Below, in pieces: positions 37,301 through 46,429 of a stretch of DNA of 64,000 nt (position 1 is its first letter; the number at the start of each line of letters is the position of its first letter). The stretch lies in the IMG/VR virus record IMGVR_UViG_3300042507_003741, positions 1-64,000 of that record; one strand, 5' to 3'. The stretch comes from a virus. Made by a program: the position numbers and the translations under genes. The notes under the pieces are model-generated. The model searched no databases. It saw only the letters and a list, made by a program, of their open reading frames with translations, and was not told the DNA's origin.

Positions 37301-38217
37301 GAGACTTGCGTCTGCAAGTCCTTGAGCGTCCTGCGTGCAATCGGATCAGTGCTACGCTGCTCGGCAGTGGCAGAACGAATCCGCTCCGCAAGGCTATCAA
37401 TCTTGTCCTGCCGAACCGCGTTGGGCGGGAGGTTGTATCGCGGCGAGGCGGCGTCGGTCGTAATCGGGGTGGCCGAGTTCTCCAGGTCGTCTGCGACATC
37501 CGTCGTGGAAGTCAGGTCACCCGGCGAGCGGCCGAGCACGTTGCCGTACACGTCAACGACCGTGCCGTCATCCACGTACCGAAACTTCTCGCCATCTCCA
37601 AATGGCTCCAGGCGGCGGCCGCCCACGCCGATCAACTCCTTGCCTTCCTGCGCGAACGGCAACTGCCCGGCCTCCGCAGGCAACATGTCGGGGGCCGCAG
37701 TGGGCGCAGAAGACTGCGGCCGCACGAACGAACGCCGCAGGCCGCCGATCTCCTCTGGCGTGAGGGCGTCGATTCCTGCGACTGCAATCTTGCGGAGAAT
37801 CGCCTGCACCTGTGACTGCGGAATCGGCCCCGCCATCACGAGGTCGAGGTCGGCACCGGCCCGCACCAGAGCCAGAACCTCCTCCGGCAGCATGGCCGCC
37901 GGGCCTTGATTGCCCAACTTCTCCAGCAGCCGGTATGTGTCTGGCACGTCTTCCGGGTCGATCTCGCTGAACCGCAGCACGTCATCGGCGGGCAGCGGCG
38001 AGGCGTCAGTCGTGCCAACGCCCTGCGGGCCGCGCGGCAACTCGCCGGGAGTAGGCTCCATGTACAGGGGCGCGCCCTCTACCGGCACGGCACGAGGCTT
38101 CGGGAGGCTCCTCTGCCGGCCTGCCACCAGCACTGCCTCTCGGGCGGCCGCCTCAACTTCGGCCGCACGAACCGCTTGCTGGAGGCGGCGAACCGCGAGT
38201 GTCGATGGAGACGCCAT
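34354..38217 (-). CDS. Large Ala/Pro-rich virion protein with C-terminal TM-like segment
   Basis: 1287 aa; WPWIVGTAAVGGTLGGL. Confidence 0.6.
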   Translation of the reverse strand: MASPSTLAVRRLQQAVRAAEVEAAAREAVLVAGRQRSLPKPRAVPVEGAPLYMEPTPGELPRGPQGVGTTDASPLPADDVLRFSEIDPEDVPDTYRLLEKLGNQGPAAMLPEEVLALVRAGADLDLVMAGPIPQSQVQAILRKIAVAGIDALTPEEIGGLRRSFVRPQSSAPTAAPDMLPAEAGQLPFAQEGKELIGVGGRRLEPFGDGEKFRYVDDGTVVDVYGNVLGRSPGDLTSTTDVADDLENSATPITTDAASPRYNLPPNAVRQDKIDSLAERIRSATAEQRSTDPIARRTLKDLQTQVSRLNEAEREALLSHPALAAGIESVDAKRIPERRQAAIAAAQQRLDTLAEMAEVPDATRAGQQLTAARNAREVAAASRAGSADAAAAGVDVRTARQLVEEAMPEGDWNALASAFNAMPAERREAVLARLSSGRSLEPMTGGRGALDPSVFKERRKPGDAPLRLDSGATASRPHPMGLRRGPEDQTAARPFIEKRLSRGTDGPAFDPNAVAELLRGGNEMEQALIRLDTAMRSGDEAAIAAARDVVDDIRTRPADTDEARQAMEEMISGARTSFLQRQQAASELRRAIVGTDPDYLAEQERLLRSSVAPAPRPGIAPGARTPVTVIEDIGQANMPTAFDEGVAVNRAREEALDRRAVGGGMPEEVRKGMFPDGNIPLAFKGDDSATPLEVRPIRERLPDTRDRDAVAAARTAEDSLTAALAEMQSAKGAEALARAQQKVTQAQRELDKLYPPRLVEQRTGRVQRAPAGMRSEDVPKGWVLERGRPAYPDSMLNRESIQSVRDNLVMKLVGRRPRAAYNLNRASDELSAAERAILNADARRQLDATSNVPDDVIPESPDDEVSALGQQGKRGRLGGSRRESDIQQALGALYGTSNPLGRKADTGGFTFVPFETPEQLADDLLAGQTVFKPGDKGFEQDRAAIIRALEDYFGPQNRNESARTVAGKQILREDVAPDLESGTGTSAAAPSQAAPAEPPAKPSRRRGGKSSTAEEAKLEASATDISDIDGDPAPAGKNAASAASRSDEDIIKDIDQEGQEVYDQTYRNYIDMGDGEDEARTSARDAASKYINEQRQLRIKPIKGDAAPASSDPAPASPAPADVDPPAATAATPAAAADAPQADPIKPVRLADEDQIDAPETAIAKKAADDTPQAGQPEAKNKGQKKRGKWPWIVGTAAVGGTLGGLARINSGGGGFIDIPIPAGGSGGGPGGGGGDFYPIPVRDGASVPMDDQLEQEAAIQRALDRIRGSRGGGPQTYQTYQNYLFGR

Positions 38218-38522
38218 TACTTGCCCTTCTTCTTGGCGGGCTTCTCGTCGTCCGCGTCCTCGTCGTCCGACTCCTCTTCCCCTTCGTCTTGCGAGAGTTC
38301 CGGAGGCAGGTCGTCTTTCGTGACGGGGATCGGTGCGGGCTTGCCATTGGTCTGCTCGTGCAGATCAGTGAGTGCCTCACGCTCTTCGTCCGACTTCTCG
38401 GCGTCCTTGCCTTCCGGCTTCTTCCCGGCCTTCGCCAGCATGCTCTTGATGAGTTTGCGAAGTGCCTTCGGCGGCAGGTCTTCCAGATCCAGTTCAGCGG
38501 CGTCCATGCCTTTCTCCTTCAT
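38217..38522 (-). CDS. Highly charged small protein
   Basis: Coupled overlaps; Lys/Glu/Asp-rich. Confidence 0.65.
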   Translation of the reverse strand: MKEKGMDAAELDLEDLPPKALRKLIKSMLAKAGKKPEGKDAEKSDEEREALTDLHEQTNGKPAPIPVTKDDLPPELSQDEGEEESDDEDADDEKPAKKKGK

Positions 38523-39052
38523 TCAAAAAGCCTTCCGAGTAGCGGCGTGTAGTCGAGTTGCTGCTGGTCTAAACCGAACTGCCCCCTGCGGATAGCCTCG
38601 TACAAGTCCTGTTGCCATCCGCGTCGTTGCTGTTGCTCCATCGCTTTCGTGTTGCGAAGACCCTCAAGCAGTCCCGCATTGGCAAGTCGCTCGTTGGCCT
38701 GCATGCTGTCGGCGGTCTGGCGAGCGACGGCATTGGCATTCGCTGCCGCCATCTCCGTCTGCACAGCACCAGCACTGGCTTGGGCGTCCGCTGCGTCCTG
38801 CGCCATCTGGGCGGCGTACTGCTGACCCTTGCCGCGCGAGACGCCTCGACGGTCTTGGCCCGCCAGTGCGGACTCGCGAGCGCCGTAGCCTGCTGCCATC
38901 TGGTTGTTGACCGCAGACTGCACGGCCGAGTCCGCAATCGCCGGAGGGCGCATGGGGTACTGCGGGGACGCGGCCTGCATGGGCGCCTGCGGCTTTGGCC
39001 GAAACGCTGGCGGGCTGCTCTTGGGCAGGGAGGAGTCCAGGCCAATAGCCAT
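38519..39052 (-). CDS. Ala/Gln-rich putative virion protein
   Basis: Operon position and composition. Confidence 0.6.
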   Translation of the reverse strand: MAIGLDSSLPKSSPPAFRPKPQAPMQAASPQYPMRPPAIADSAVQSAVNNQMAAGYGARESALAGQDRRGVSRGKGQQYAAQMAQDAADAQASAGAVQTEMAAANANAVARQTADSMQANERLANAGLLEGLRNTKAMEQQQRRGWQQDLYEAIRRGQFGLDQQQLDYTPLLGRLFE

Positions 39053-39414
39053 CAGAAGTCCCTCGCCATTCCAGTGAGGAGCGCCTGCTGGAGATTGAGA
39101 TTCCGCCGCTTTTGCATGGCGGCGTAGTCAAAGCCCATGCCCATGTCGAACACGCCGGAGCGGTTTGCGGCGGACCCAGCAGCCACCCGCTCCTGCGAGG
39201 CGTTCGCGGACTGCTGGGCCGAATTGCGGGCCGCCGCCTGCCGCTGCTGGCTCTCGTCCTGCATCTGCTTGAGGGCGAAGTCCTGGTTCTTCTGCTCCCG
39301 ATCCATGTTGAGAGCGGAAGCAGCCTGCATGGCCTGTCCCTTCGCAAGCGGACTCGCCTTGCTGGACAGACCAGACAGCAGCCTGGAGCCGGGAGTGAAT
39401 CCGATGGCGTTCAC
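39052..39414 (-). CDS. Ala/Gln-rich putative virion protein
   Basis: Operon position and composition. Confidence 0.6.
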   Translation of the reverse strand: MNAIGFTPGSRLLSGLSSKASPLAKGQAMQAASALNMDREQKNQDFALKQMQDESQQRQAAARNSAQQSANASQERVAAGSAANRSGVFDMGMGFDYAAMQKRRNLNLQQALLTGMARDF

Positions 39415-39417
39415 GGC

Positions 39418-39744
39418 TCAGTACCTCATCGAGCCGTTCTTGCCGGAAGTGAAGCCGTACGAATACTGGCCGTCGCCCTGCCCGATCTTCTTCATCAAAC
39501 CGTCCAGGACGCCGTACTTGCGCTCCTGTGACTGGCGGGCAGTCTGCGAGTCGTACATGCGGCGCTGCGACTCTTGCTGCTGGAGTCCGCGCTCGTACAT
39601 CTCGCGCTCGTAGTCAGGCGACTGCTGGTACGCCTGCATCTGCTTGTTGCGAGCCAACTGTGCGGAGACTTCGTTGTAGCCGTACCCCGCCTGCGGAGCG
39701 GAGGCGCCGTGATTGAAGCCAGAGAAAGAACCTGCGTACGCCAT
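39418..39744 (-). CDS. Gln/Tyr-rich small protein
   Basis: Start MAYAGSF after GGGAGG. Confidence 0.6.
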   Translation of the reverse strand: MAYAGSFSGFNHGASAPQAGYGYNEVSAQLARNKQMQAYQQSPDYEREMYERGLQQQESQRRMYDSQTARQSQERKYGVLDGLMKKIGQGDGQYSYGFTSGKNGSMRY

Positions 39745-39760
39745 AACCCCTCCCTGCGTT

Positions 39761-40390
39761 TCAACCAAAGTCCTGCATCAACACAGAACCGTCGGGCAAG
39801 CCGAAGGGGTTCTGGAGCCGCGCATGCTGTTCCCTGGCTTCTTGGCCGTAGTCGTAGAGGTGCATGGATCGGGCACCGCCTCGACGGAGGAAGTCAGCGA
39901 CAGGGCTCTGCGTCTGCGGAGGCGTGGCCGCCGCCGGTGGCCTTCTTTGCGGCGGCTGCTGCTTGGGCTGCTGCTTGGGCGGGCCGGCAGGTTGGCCGTC
40001 TCCGTCCGCGACCACAGGCGCCGCTGGCTTCCGGTTCGGGTCGTCCATCCCCTGCCAAGTGCCGCCTCCGGCAGAAGCGCTGCCCGACGAGGTTTCGGAT
40101 GTGACGCGAACCAGAGGCGACAGGCTCTGGCCCGGATCGCGCTCCGACGCTGCCGGGAGGTGGGCGCGCACGGCCTTGACCAAATCGCGCACCTTGTTGC
40201 CCGCCGTTACCGCACTGGGGTCGCCTCTGAAGTTGGCCTCAAACTTGGCGTCCCTCAATGCACCAATCGCGTCCTGCTTTTTCGCCAGATCGTCCAGTCC
40301 GCTGTAGTCATAGGACTTGCTGGAACTGGACTGCGAAGACGCCGGCGAGGCGGTGTACGCAGTCAGCAACTCGGGAAGTCGTAAAGCCAT
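39761..40390 (-). CDS. Hypothetical protein
   Basis: GAGG RBS; follows putative late promoter. Confidence 0.6.
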   Translation of the reverse strand: MALRLPELLTAYTASPASSQSSSSKSYDYSGLDDLAKKQDAIGALRDAKFEANFRGDPSAVTAGNKVRDLVKAVRAHLPAASERDPGQSLSPLVRVTSETSSGSASAGGGTWQGMDDPNRKPAAPVVADGDGQPAGPPKQQPKQQPPQRRPPAAATPPQTQSPVADFLRRGGARSMHLYDYGQEAREQHARLQNPFGLPDGSVLMQDFG

Positions 40391-40405
40391 GCCTAGCCTC
40401 TCTAC

Positions 40406-40419
40406 GGATTTATGTCCGC
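40406..40419 (-). promoter_or_regulatory. Putative late promoter motif GCGGACATAAATCC
   Basis: Intergenic; shared with two other sites. Confidence 0.55.
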
Positions 40420-40426
40420 AGATTGG

Positions 40427-40849
40427 CTAGTGAGCGGCGGCCTTTCTGGCCCGCCGGATGGCTAGGAGAACCGCCTGCCGGGCGACGGTCGCCGAGAACG
40501 GGAGGTGCCTGCGGCCCGCTTCCTCCCGCAGCCATCCCACGATCTCGTCCAGGCGTGTCTCGCACTCATCCGCCCCCCAGACGTCCATCTGGGCGGCTCG
40601 GGCGTTGCACGGGCAGGTCGGGGTGGCGGTGATGCCGACGAGCCGGAGGAGTTTCTTGAGTTCTGTGCCTGGACCGCCGGGCGTCTGGGTGATCGGCAGC
40701 GCCCTCGTGACGCGCGGATAATCCTGGTGCGTCTCATCGACCGTGACTGTGGCGCCGTCCTGGCTGACGATGCAGCCACGCACCTCGTCAAGCGTGTAGC
40801 CGCGCTCGCGGCAGCGAGCATCAAAATGTGAGCGGAGTCCGGTGATCAT
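40427..40849 (-). CDS. Conserved-type phage hypothetical protein
   Basis: GPGTELKKLL..GI..CPCNARA.QMD.WG..IVGWL. Confidence 0.65.
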   Translation of the reverse strand: MITGLRSHFDARCRERGYTLDEVRGCIVSQDGATVTVDETHQDYPRVTRALPITQTPGGPGTELKKLLRLVGITATPTCPCNARAAQMDVWGADECETRLDEIVGWLREEAGRRHLPFSATVARQAVLLAIRRARKAAAH

Positions 40850-41673
40850 GGGAAGGGGTTGAAGTCTCCGCAAGGCATGCAATCACTTGCCGCATCAGAA
40901 AACTGCACCCATACGCCGCACGGCGTGTAGCCAGGAATGTTCGGTGGCCCGGTCCCTGCGGGAATGCAAAACGTATTGCAGTTAGGGACGAGGCCGGGAC
41001 AGTCGGTGCAGTCGTTCCATATCTCGTTGGGCGGCTCAACGCACAGACCTACGCATTGTCCGTTCACGCAATCGCATCCAGGCCCGCAATCCCCCATGGA
41101 CTCGCAAGGGCCGGAGCATGGCGGGGCGCAAAGGTCAATCCCAAGAGCGTCCGCGCACGCCTGCATTTGCGTGGACTGCGGTGGCGTGTACGCAGAGAAG
41201 TTGGCGCACCCCGTCGCCTCCACGCCTACCGGGCAGTTGTCGCCGCCGGTGTAGGACAGCGAAGACACGCACTCGTCGCAACTATCCACGACTCTGGTGC
41301 GAAAGTAGTACTGCTGGCGTGGGTACATCGTGTCCGGGTTTTCTGTCGGCAGCGCGGAATCTTCTAGGCACCACTGGCCCGGCCACTGAGGCAGCGCCGC
41401 AGCGTCTGCCGCGCACGCGGCGATACCCAACCCGGCTTCGCAATTCCATCCGCTGACCCGCACCACATCCGCAGGCTGGGCTGGGATGTTGTCAATCGTA
41501 GAGGTTTCGCAATCCAACTCGGTGTTGTAGGAGGCTTGGTACGTCGAGTACACGGTTTCGTGGCAGATGTAGCGATATTCGCACGGAGACTCGCAGCAGC
41601 AGGCAGCATTGGCCGCCAAGCCTCCGCCCCTGACTAGCAGCACGCCGTTGTTGAGATAGAGCGGCACCGTCAA
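40846..41673 (-). CDS. Cys-rich protein in tail region
   Basis: Many Cys residues including CxGPC..C.PGC.CV.G.C. Confidence 0.6.
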   Translation of the reverse strand: MTVPLYLNNGVLLVRGGGLAANAACCCESPCEYRYICHETVYSTYQASYNTELDCETSTIDNIPAQPADVVRVSGWNCEAGLGIAACAADAAALPQWPGQWCLEDSALPTENPDTMYPRQQYYFRTRVVDSCDECVSSLSYTGGDNCPVGVEATGCANFSAYTPPQSTQMQACADALGIDLCAPPCSGPCESMGDCGPGCDCVNGQCVGLCVEPPNEIWNDCTDCPGLVPNCNTFCIPAGTGPPNIPGYTPCGVWVQFSDAASDCMPCGDFNPFP

Positions 41674-43097
41674 CCCCCAGTCGGGCAGTCGGAAATCGGG
41701 ATCACAAGGTTCTCGGCCGGATCGCCCTCAGCAAGCACGTACAGGTTCTTGCGAGAGAACTCCAGGCCGGAGGCAGTCAGGGCAACGTCCGTCAGCACCG
41801 TGACCAGATGCGACCGCCACGTCAGGCAGGGGTCCGCCCCCTCAGATGCAGTGACGTACGACAGCGCCGAAGGCAGGTCGCTGTCGTAGCCAGACAGGTC
41901 ATCGACCTTGATCCCGACGAGCGAACTGAACGCCGTGCAGTGTGCGGCCGGCTGAATCTCAAGGGCGTAATACTCGACCTCTGGGGCGTTCACACCATCG
42001 GGCTCCGCCTCGACGTACTCGCCGTTCACGTCGAACAACGGCGGCCCAGACATCACGGCGGCGGGGTCGTCTCGCTCGGTAGATTCCGGCTCCGGGTCGG
42101 GCGGGGCTGGGGCGGCCTGGACGCGATCTTTCGTGCGGGCTGCGAACAGGACGTGCTTTTCCTCGTCCGTGTCCGCAATCGGGGTGGTCTGATTGAGAAC
42201 ATCCACCTCCAGTTCAGACTCGGGCCACACCTGCTCGACGGACTTGGTGTCTCCGACGGCCCATCCGCCCGTAAACTTGCCGACCCGGAACGTGTTGAAA
42301 TAGGTGTTGGCGTCTCCGCGTGACGAGAAGACAGGGATGATCCTGCGGCGGCCGCGAAGCCCCTTGCGGTCCTCGACGATCTCGGTCACGACCGTCTGGG
42401 GCGTGACAGGAATCGTGTCCACTCGCTCCTTGCGCTCGTTCCACGCCTTGATGCGCTCGTAGGTGACCTCCAGCCCTCTGCCGTCGATGAACTCGACCTT
42501 CGTCACTACGTCGTACTCGGAGCGGTTGAGCATCTGGAGGTTCCAGAGCACCTCCCGGCCCGTCTCTTGGATGTCGAGGCGCGCCGTGCCGTCGTTGTGC
42601 CCGACCTGCGCGCGTGGGGCTTTGCCAACGAGTTGATTCGCCTGCGAGTCCAGCATCGCCACCGGCAGGCCATTGGCGGGTCGGCCGGCGACGACGTTGC
42701 GGACGCTGACTTGTGCGGCCTGACCATTGCCGGCCACGTCCGTCAGCGAGCCAGGAGCAACACGGAACTGGGCAGGCGCCTGCTGCGGTATCGCCACCGG
42801 GACCACGTTCGGCTCCGGCTCTTTCTCGGGCCGCTGCTCGGACGGGGCGGTCCGCTGCGGCCGGTGGTCGGGATCGGCAGGGCGAAAGTCGAGATTCGGG
42901 AATCGCAAGCGCCGCTTCTCGGGCGTCACCATCCGCATGTCGGCTGGGGTGCTGTCGATCTCCACCGGCCCGGCGTGCCGCATCTCCTGAGCGCTGTTGC
43001 CCAAGATGCTGGCAATCTGCGTGGCGGCGTCAGGCGACAGCCCGGCCGACACGAGCGCCTTCCGCAACTGCTGCCGCTGTTCGCTGAATCCGGCCAT
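41670..43097 (-). CDS. Putative tail-associated protein
   Basis: 475 aa directly downstream of tail tubular-like gene. Confidence 0.55.
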   Translation of the reverse strand: MAGFSEQRQQLRKALVSAGLSPDAATQIASILGNSAQEMRHAGPVEIDSTPADMRMVTPEKRRLRFPNLDFRPADPDHRPQRTAPSEQRPEKEPEPNVVPVAIPQQAPAQFRVAPGSLTDVAGNGQAAQVSVRNVVAGRPANGLPVAMLDSQANQLVGKAPRAQVGHNDGTARLDIQETGREVLWNLQMLNRSEYDVVTKVEFIDGRGLEVTYERIKAWNERKERVDTIPVTPQTVVTEIVEDRKGLRGRRRIIPVFSSRGDANTYFNTFRVGKFTGGWAVGDTKSVEQVWPESELEVDVLNQTTPIADTDEEKHVLFAARTKDRVQAAPAPPDPEPESTERDDPAAVMSGPPLFDVNGEYVEAEPDGVNAPEVEYYALEIQPAAHCTAFSSLVGIKVDDLSGYDSDLPSALSYVTASEGADPCLTWRSHLVTVLTDVALTASGLEFSRKNLYVLAEGDPAENLVIPISDCPTGG

Positions 43098-43101
43098 GCG
43101 G

Positions 43102-46062
43102 CTACCCTCCGGACGCCGTGCCGTACACGTCGAGGGCGTAGACGATGACGGGATCGGCGTTCTTGCTGGCGCCGATCAGTTCGACGGCCACATGACGATC
43201 AGAGGACTGGATGTCGTCCATGCTGCGACTGGCGAACGCCGCCTTCGCCACGCCGCTGTCGTAGCCAGTCCGCGTAGTCTGTGCCGCCATGTCCAGGCGG
43301 GATGCACCATCAACGGTGCTGGCCGTAAAGCCCACGCCGCGATTGCGGTTGGCGACGTTGGGGCGAGCGTGCGCCGAGTTGTTGTAGTAGAGGCGTGCTG
43401 CGATGTCGCACTTCGCGGACTGGGGCTTGTAGGTCAGGCTGACATCGCGCGACTGCCCGGAGCCACCGCCCTTGGCGTTCATGTCCGTTGGAAAAGCACG
43501 GTTACCCGTCTTGTAGCGATACACAGGGAACATCGAGCCGGTGGCGGCGACAAAGGTGGCCGTCGCCTGGACGGGTGCCGCGCAGTTCGGGTCGTCGGGA
43601 GCCGAGACGGTAACGGAGCCGCTGGAGTACCCGTGCCCTTGATGCAGAATCCAGATGCCGCTGACCTGCCCTTCGGCGTTGATAACAGCCTGGAGTTCTG
43701 CCCCCACGCCGCCGGAGACGGTCACGGTCGGAGGCGTGCGATACCCCGCCCCCTTGTTCGTGATGGTCACGGTGGAGATGGCCCCGACTGCCGAGTCCAG
43801 TCGCCCTTCGTCGAGCAGGAAGGCACCGCTCGACGCCCCATAGACGCAGCGGTAGTCTCCGTTCGACATCGGGACTGCGGCACCAGCGGAGATCCGCTGC
43901 GGATACCGTTCCATCCACCACGTATTGGTGTCGATGGAGTAGCACAGGGCACGGGTCGGATATCCCGTCGAAACGTCGGCCTTGAATGCTACGAATACCC
44001 GCACGACCTTGCGGACGGCATCCACGAGGACGAAGTTCCATCCCTTGCGGCCCAGAGCCCAGTCCACTTGCGTGCGAAAGATGTCGTCAATGGGGGCCGA
44101 CAAGTCCTTGAACTCACCCTGCGGCGAGATCGAGTACACGCCGTACTGATCCAGCACGTAGCAGACCCCTGCATAGATGTCCCAGCACCGCTGGCCGGAG
44201 CAACCCCTGTTGGCAATCGGCGACACGTCGGCATCCCGAAGCGGCTGCTTGCTGTACGACAGCGAGTAGGCGTGCCGCGACTGCATGATGAGCATGGAGC
44301 CGCCAAACGGGATCAAGGCCGTGATGGCGTCACCGTCCCTCGCGTTCTGCTGAAGCACGAGTTCGTTGATGTCAGGAACGCTCTCCGGCTCGTCCACCTC
44401 CGAAAAGTAGATCGAGTTCGGCTCGGCCCCGCCCGTGTCCACGCCGTACCAGAAGCGGTCCTGGTAGCGCACGACGACGGCCTTGTCGTTCGGCGGCGGC
44501 TTGAACCGCATGGCGTTTAGATCGCCGTTTGGCAGCACAATGGGCATGGCTGCATACCCCACCCGGTCCGGATTCCGCACCTCCTCGTCGGTTAGGTCAT
44601 CGGTGAGCGTGGCTTCGGTGCCAACCCGGTAGAGCATGAGGGCTTGGTCGCCCGTTGTCCGCCACAACTCCACCGTGAGCGTGCGGCCATCCGTATTGCT
44701 CGGCCCGGTCACGCTCCACGCCATCGACTGCGCCCCCTCTCCTGCGTCCACCTCCAGGACGGGAGACAGATTGCTGGGAATCGGACCGCCACTGGCAACT
44801 GGCGTGTTGTCTACATAGCGGTAGTAGCACTGGTACTTGCCACGCAGGTGCGGGCGGGCCACTGCAAACGCTTCCGCCCCGCCTGCGACAGCAGACACCT
44901 GCGGGAGCGTCTTGTAGCCGCCGCCGCCAGACTCTAGCGATACGGATGAGATCGCCCCGTTGGTCACCTTGCATGTGGCGTATGCGCCAAAGCCTGACGC
45001 CGACGTGATCTGGATCTCCGGAGCAACCACGTATCCGCTGCCGGCGTTTGTGATGGTGATGGACTTGATGGAGAATCGCGGCGTGGACGTGTTGTTGGCG
45101 TGGCCCGGCGGATAGCCTTCGATGATGATCGTCTTGTTGGCCGGCAGCGCACCACGCGCGCCTGTGGTGGCGTTCCATGAGGAACCGCTGGTGATCTCGA
45201 TCCGCACTGGGTCGGTCTGCGAGTATCCTGTGCCGGCGGTTTTGGCCGTGACGGACCGGACAAACGGCGACTCTGACCAAAACACGAACGGCGTGCTGCC
45301 GACGCACTGCGTCTCCAGGACTCGCTGCCCGTAGAAGTTCACTCGCGCCACTGCGCCAGTGCCTGTGGCGCCGCTCACGGTGTACGTCAGCGTGGTCGTG
45401 ACCGGCACATAACTGGTCAGGTTACTCGGCCCCAGACCGCATGCGTTGTGGTAGACCGAGACTGTGCGTGCCACAGACCCGCTGCCATTGGTCAGCGGAA
45501 TATCGACTGCCCCCCATGCGGCGTACACGGTGCGCTGGCTTGCGATGTAGTCGGTTTCGTCATCGAACGGCGGCCCTTGCAGCATCTCGTAGTGCGTGAT
45601 GGAGCCGGGATTGGGGGGCGTGCCGTCCATGACGGGAGTTAGCACGGCTCCCGTCCCGTGCGTGGTACTGAGGACGATGGGCGGAGGAGCCGGGTAGTGC
45701 TTGCCGCCGTCCGTCACAACCAGTTCGCTGACGACCGACTGGTTGAGGTAGGACTGGGCCTTTGCGGCCCGATAGCCGGCCGGAGGAGATGCGGGGGCGG
45801 TGAACGTCACGGACGGGGCGGCGTTGTATACGGCACCGGGCTTGTGAACATCGGCGCGGGCGACGTAGTACCGCTTCGTGGTGTTCAGCGTGATCGTCGG
45901 TGCGGTCGCTGGGGGCACGATGCCAGCGTTCGTGGATGTGCCGACCCCATTCCATCGCTTGGGCTGGATGCCCAATCCCTGCGCGATAATCAGTTCGCCG
46001 TAGCGACCCTGCGCGCACGAAATCGGATGCGACGTACTGAAGCCGGATGCAATGACGGTCAC
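43102..46062 (-). CDS. Tail tubular B/nozzle-like protein with inserted ITxxGxGY repeats
   Basis: IYFSEVDEPES, GDAITAL, GCSG, DLSAPID patterns; position after adaptor. Confidence 0.6.
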   Translation of the reverse strand: MTVIASGFSTSHPISCAQGRYGELIIAQGLGIQPKRWNGVGTSTNAGIVPPATAPTITLNTTKRYYVARADVHKPGAVYNAAPSVTFTAPASPPAGYRAAKAQSYLNQSVVSELVVTDGGKHYPAPPPIVLSTTHGTGAVLTPVMDGTPPNPGSITHYEMLQGPPFDDETDYIASQRTVYAAWGAVDIPLTNGSGSVARTVSVYHNACGLGPSNLTSYVPVTTTLTYTVSGATGTGAVARVNFYGQRVLETQCVGSTPFVFWSESPFVRSVTAKTAGTGYSQTDPVRIEITSGSSWNATTGARGALPANKTIIIEGYPPGHANNTSTPRFSIKSITITNAGSGYVVAPEIQITSASGFGAYATCKVTNGAISSVSLESGGGGYKTLPQVSAVAGGAEAFAVARPHLRGKYQCYYRYVDNTPVASGGPIPSNLSPVLEVDAGEGAQSMAWSVTGPSNTDGRTLTVELWRTTGDQALMLYRVGTEATLTDDLTDEEVRNPDRVGYAAMPIVLPNGDLNAMRFKPPPNDKAVVVRYQDRFWYGVDTGGAEPNSIYFSEVDEPESVPDINELVLQQNARDGDAITALIPFGGSMLIMQSRHAYSLSYSKQPLRDADVSPIANRGCSGQRCWDIYAGVCYVLDQYGVYSISPQGEFKDLSAPIDDIFRTQVDWALGRKGWNFVLVDAVRKVVRVFVAFKADVSTGYPTRALCYSIDTNTWWMERYPQRISAGAAVPMSNGDYRCVYGASSGAFLLDEGRLDSAVGAISTVTITNKGAGYRTPPTVTVSGGVGAELQAVINAEGQVSGIWILHQGHGYSSGSVTVSAPDDPNCAAPVQATATFVAATGSMFPVYRYKTGNRAFPTDMNAKGGGSGQSRDVSLTYKPQSAKCDIAARLYYNNSAHARPNVANRNRGVGFTASTVDGASRLDMAAQTTRTGYDSGVAKAAFASRSMDDIQSSDRHVAVELIGASKNADPVIVYALDVYGTASGG

Positions 46063-46427
46063 GACGGCGGCTCCCCTGCGTGGTCGTGGAACGTCCCCGT
46101 GTAACTGCTCTGCACCTGCCCAGAGGACGGAGACAGCGATGGGTCAATGGGGCTCGACAGGGCTGTGCCGTACGCTGGCGTTGCCAATGACCGCACTTGT
46201 CCAGAAGCGTCCAGGACAATCATCTTGGCGGCGTTGCCGAAGATGTATGGATAGCAGTCCCGGATTTCTGGGGCCGCGCTCGCGAACGACACCGGCCGCA
46301 TGCCGCCGCGACTGGTGAGTTGGCCGGGAGTTGCCGTGACGATATTGGTCTGCTCGACGGCAGCGCCCGCAGGGATGGCATACGGGCTGGCGTTTGTGAC
46401 CAGTCCTGCCCACATCGCTTCGGCCAC
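46059..46427 (-). CDS. Tail protein resembling the N-terminal part of a nozzle protein
   Basis: GLVTNASP..IP.GA...N....GQL..RGG. Confidence 0.5.
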   Translation of the reverse strand: MAEAMWAGLVTNASPYAIPAGAAVEQTNIVTATPGQLTSRGGMRPVSFASAAPEIRDCYPYIFGNAAKMIVLDASGQVRSLATPAYGTALSSPIDPSLSPSSGQVQSSYTGTFHDHAGEPPS

Positions 46428-46429
46428 GA

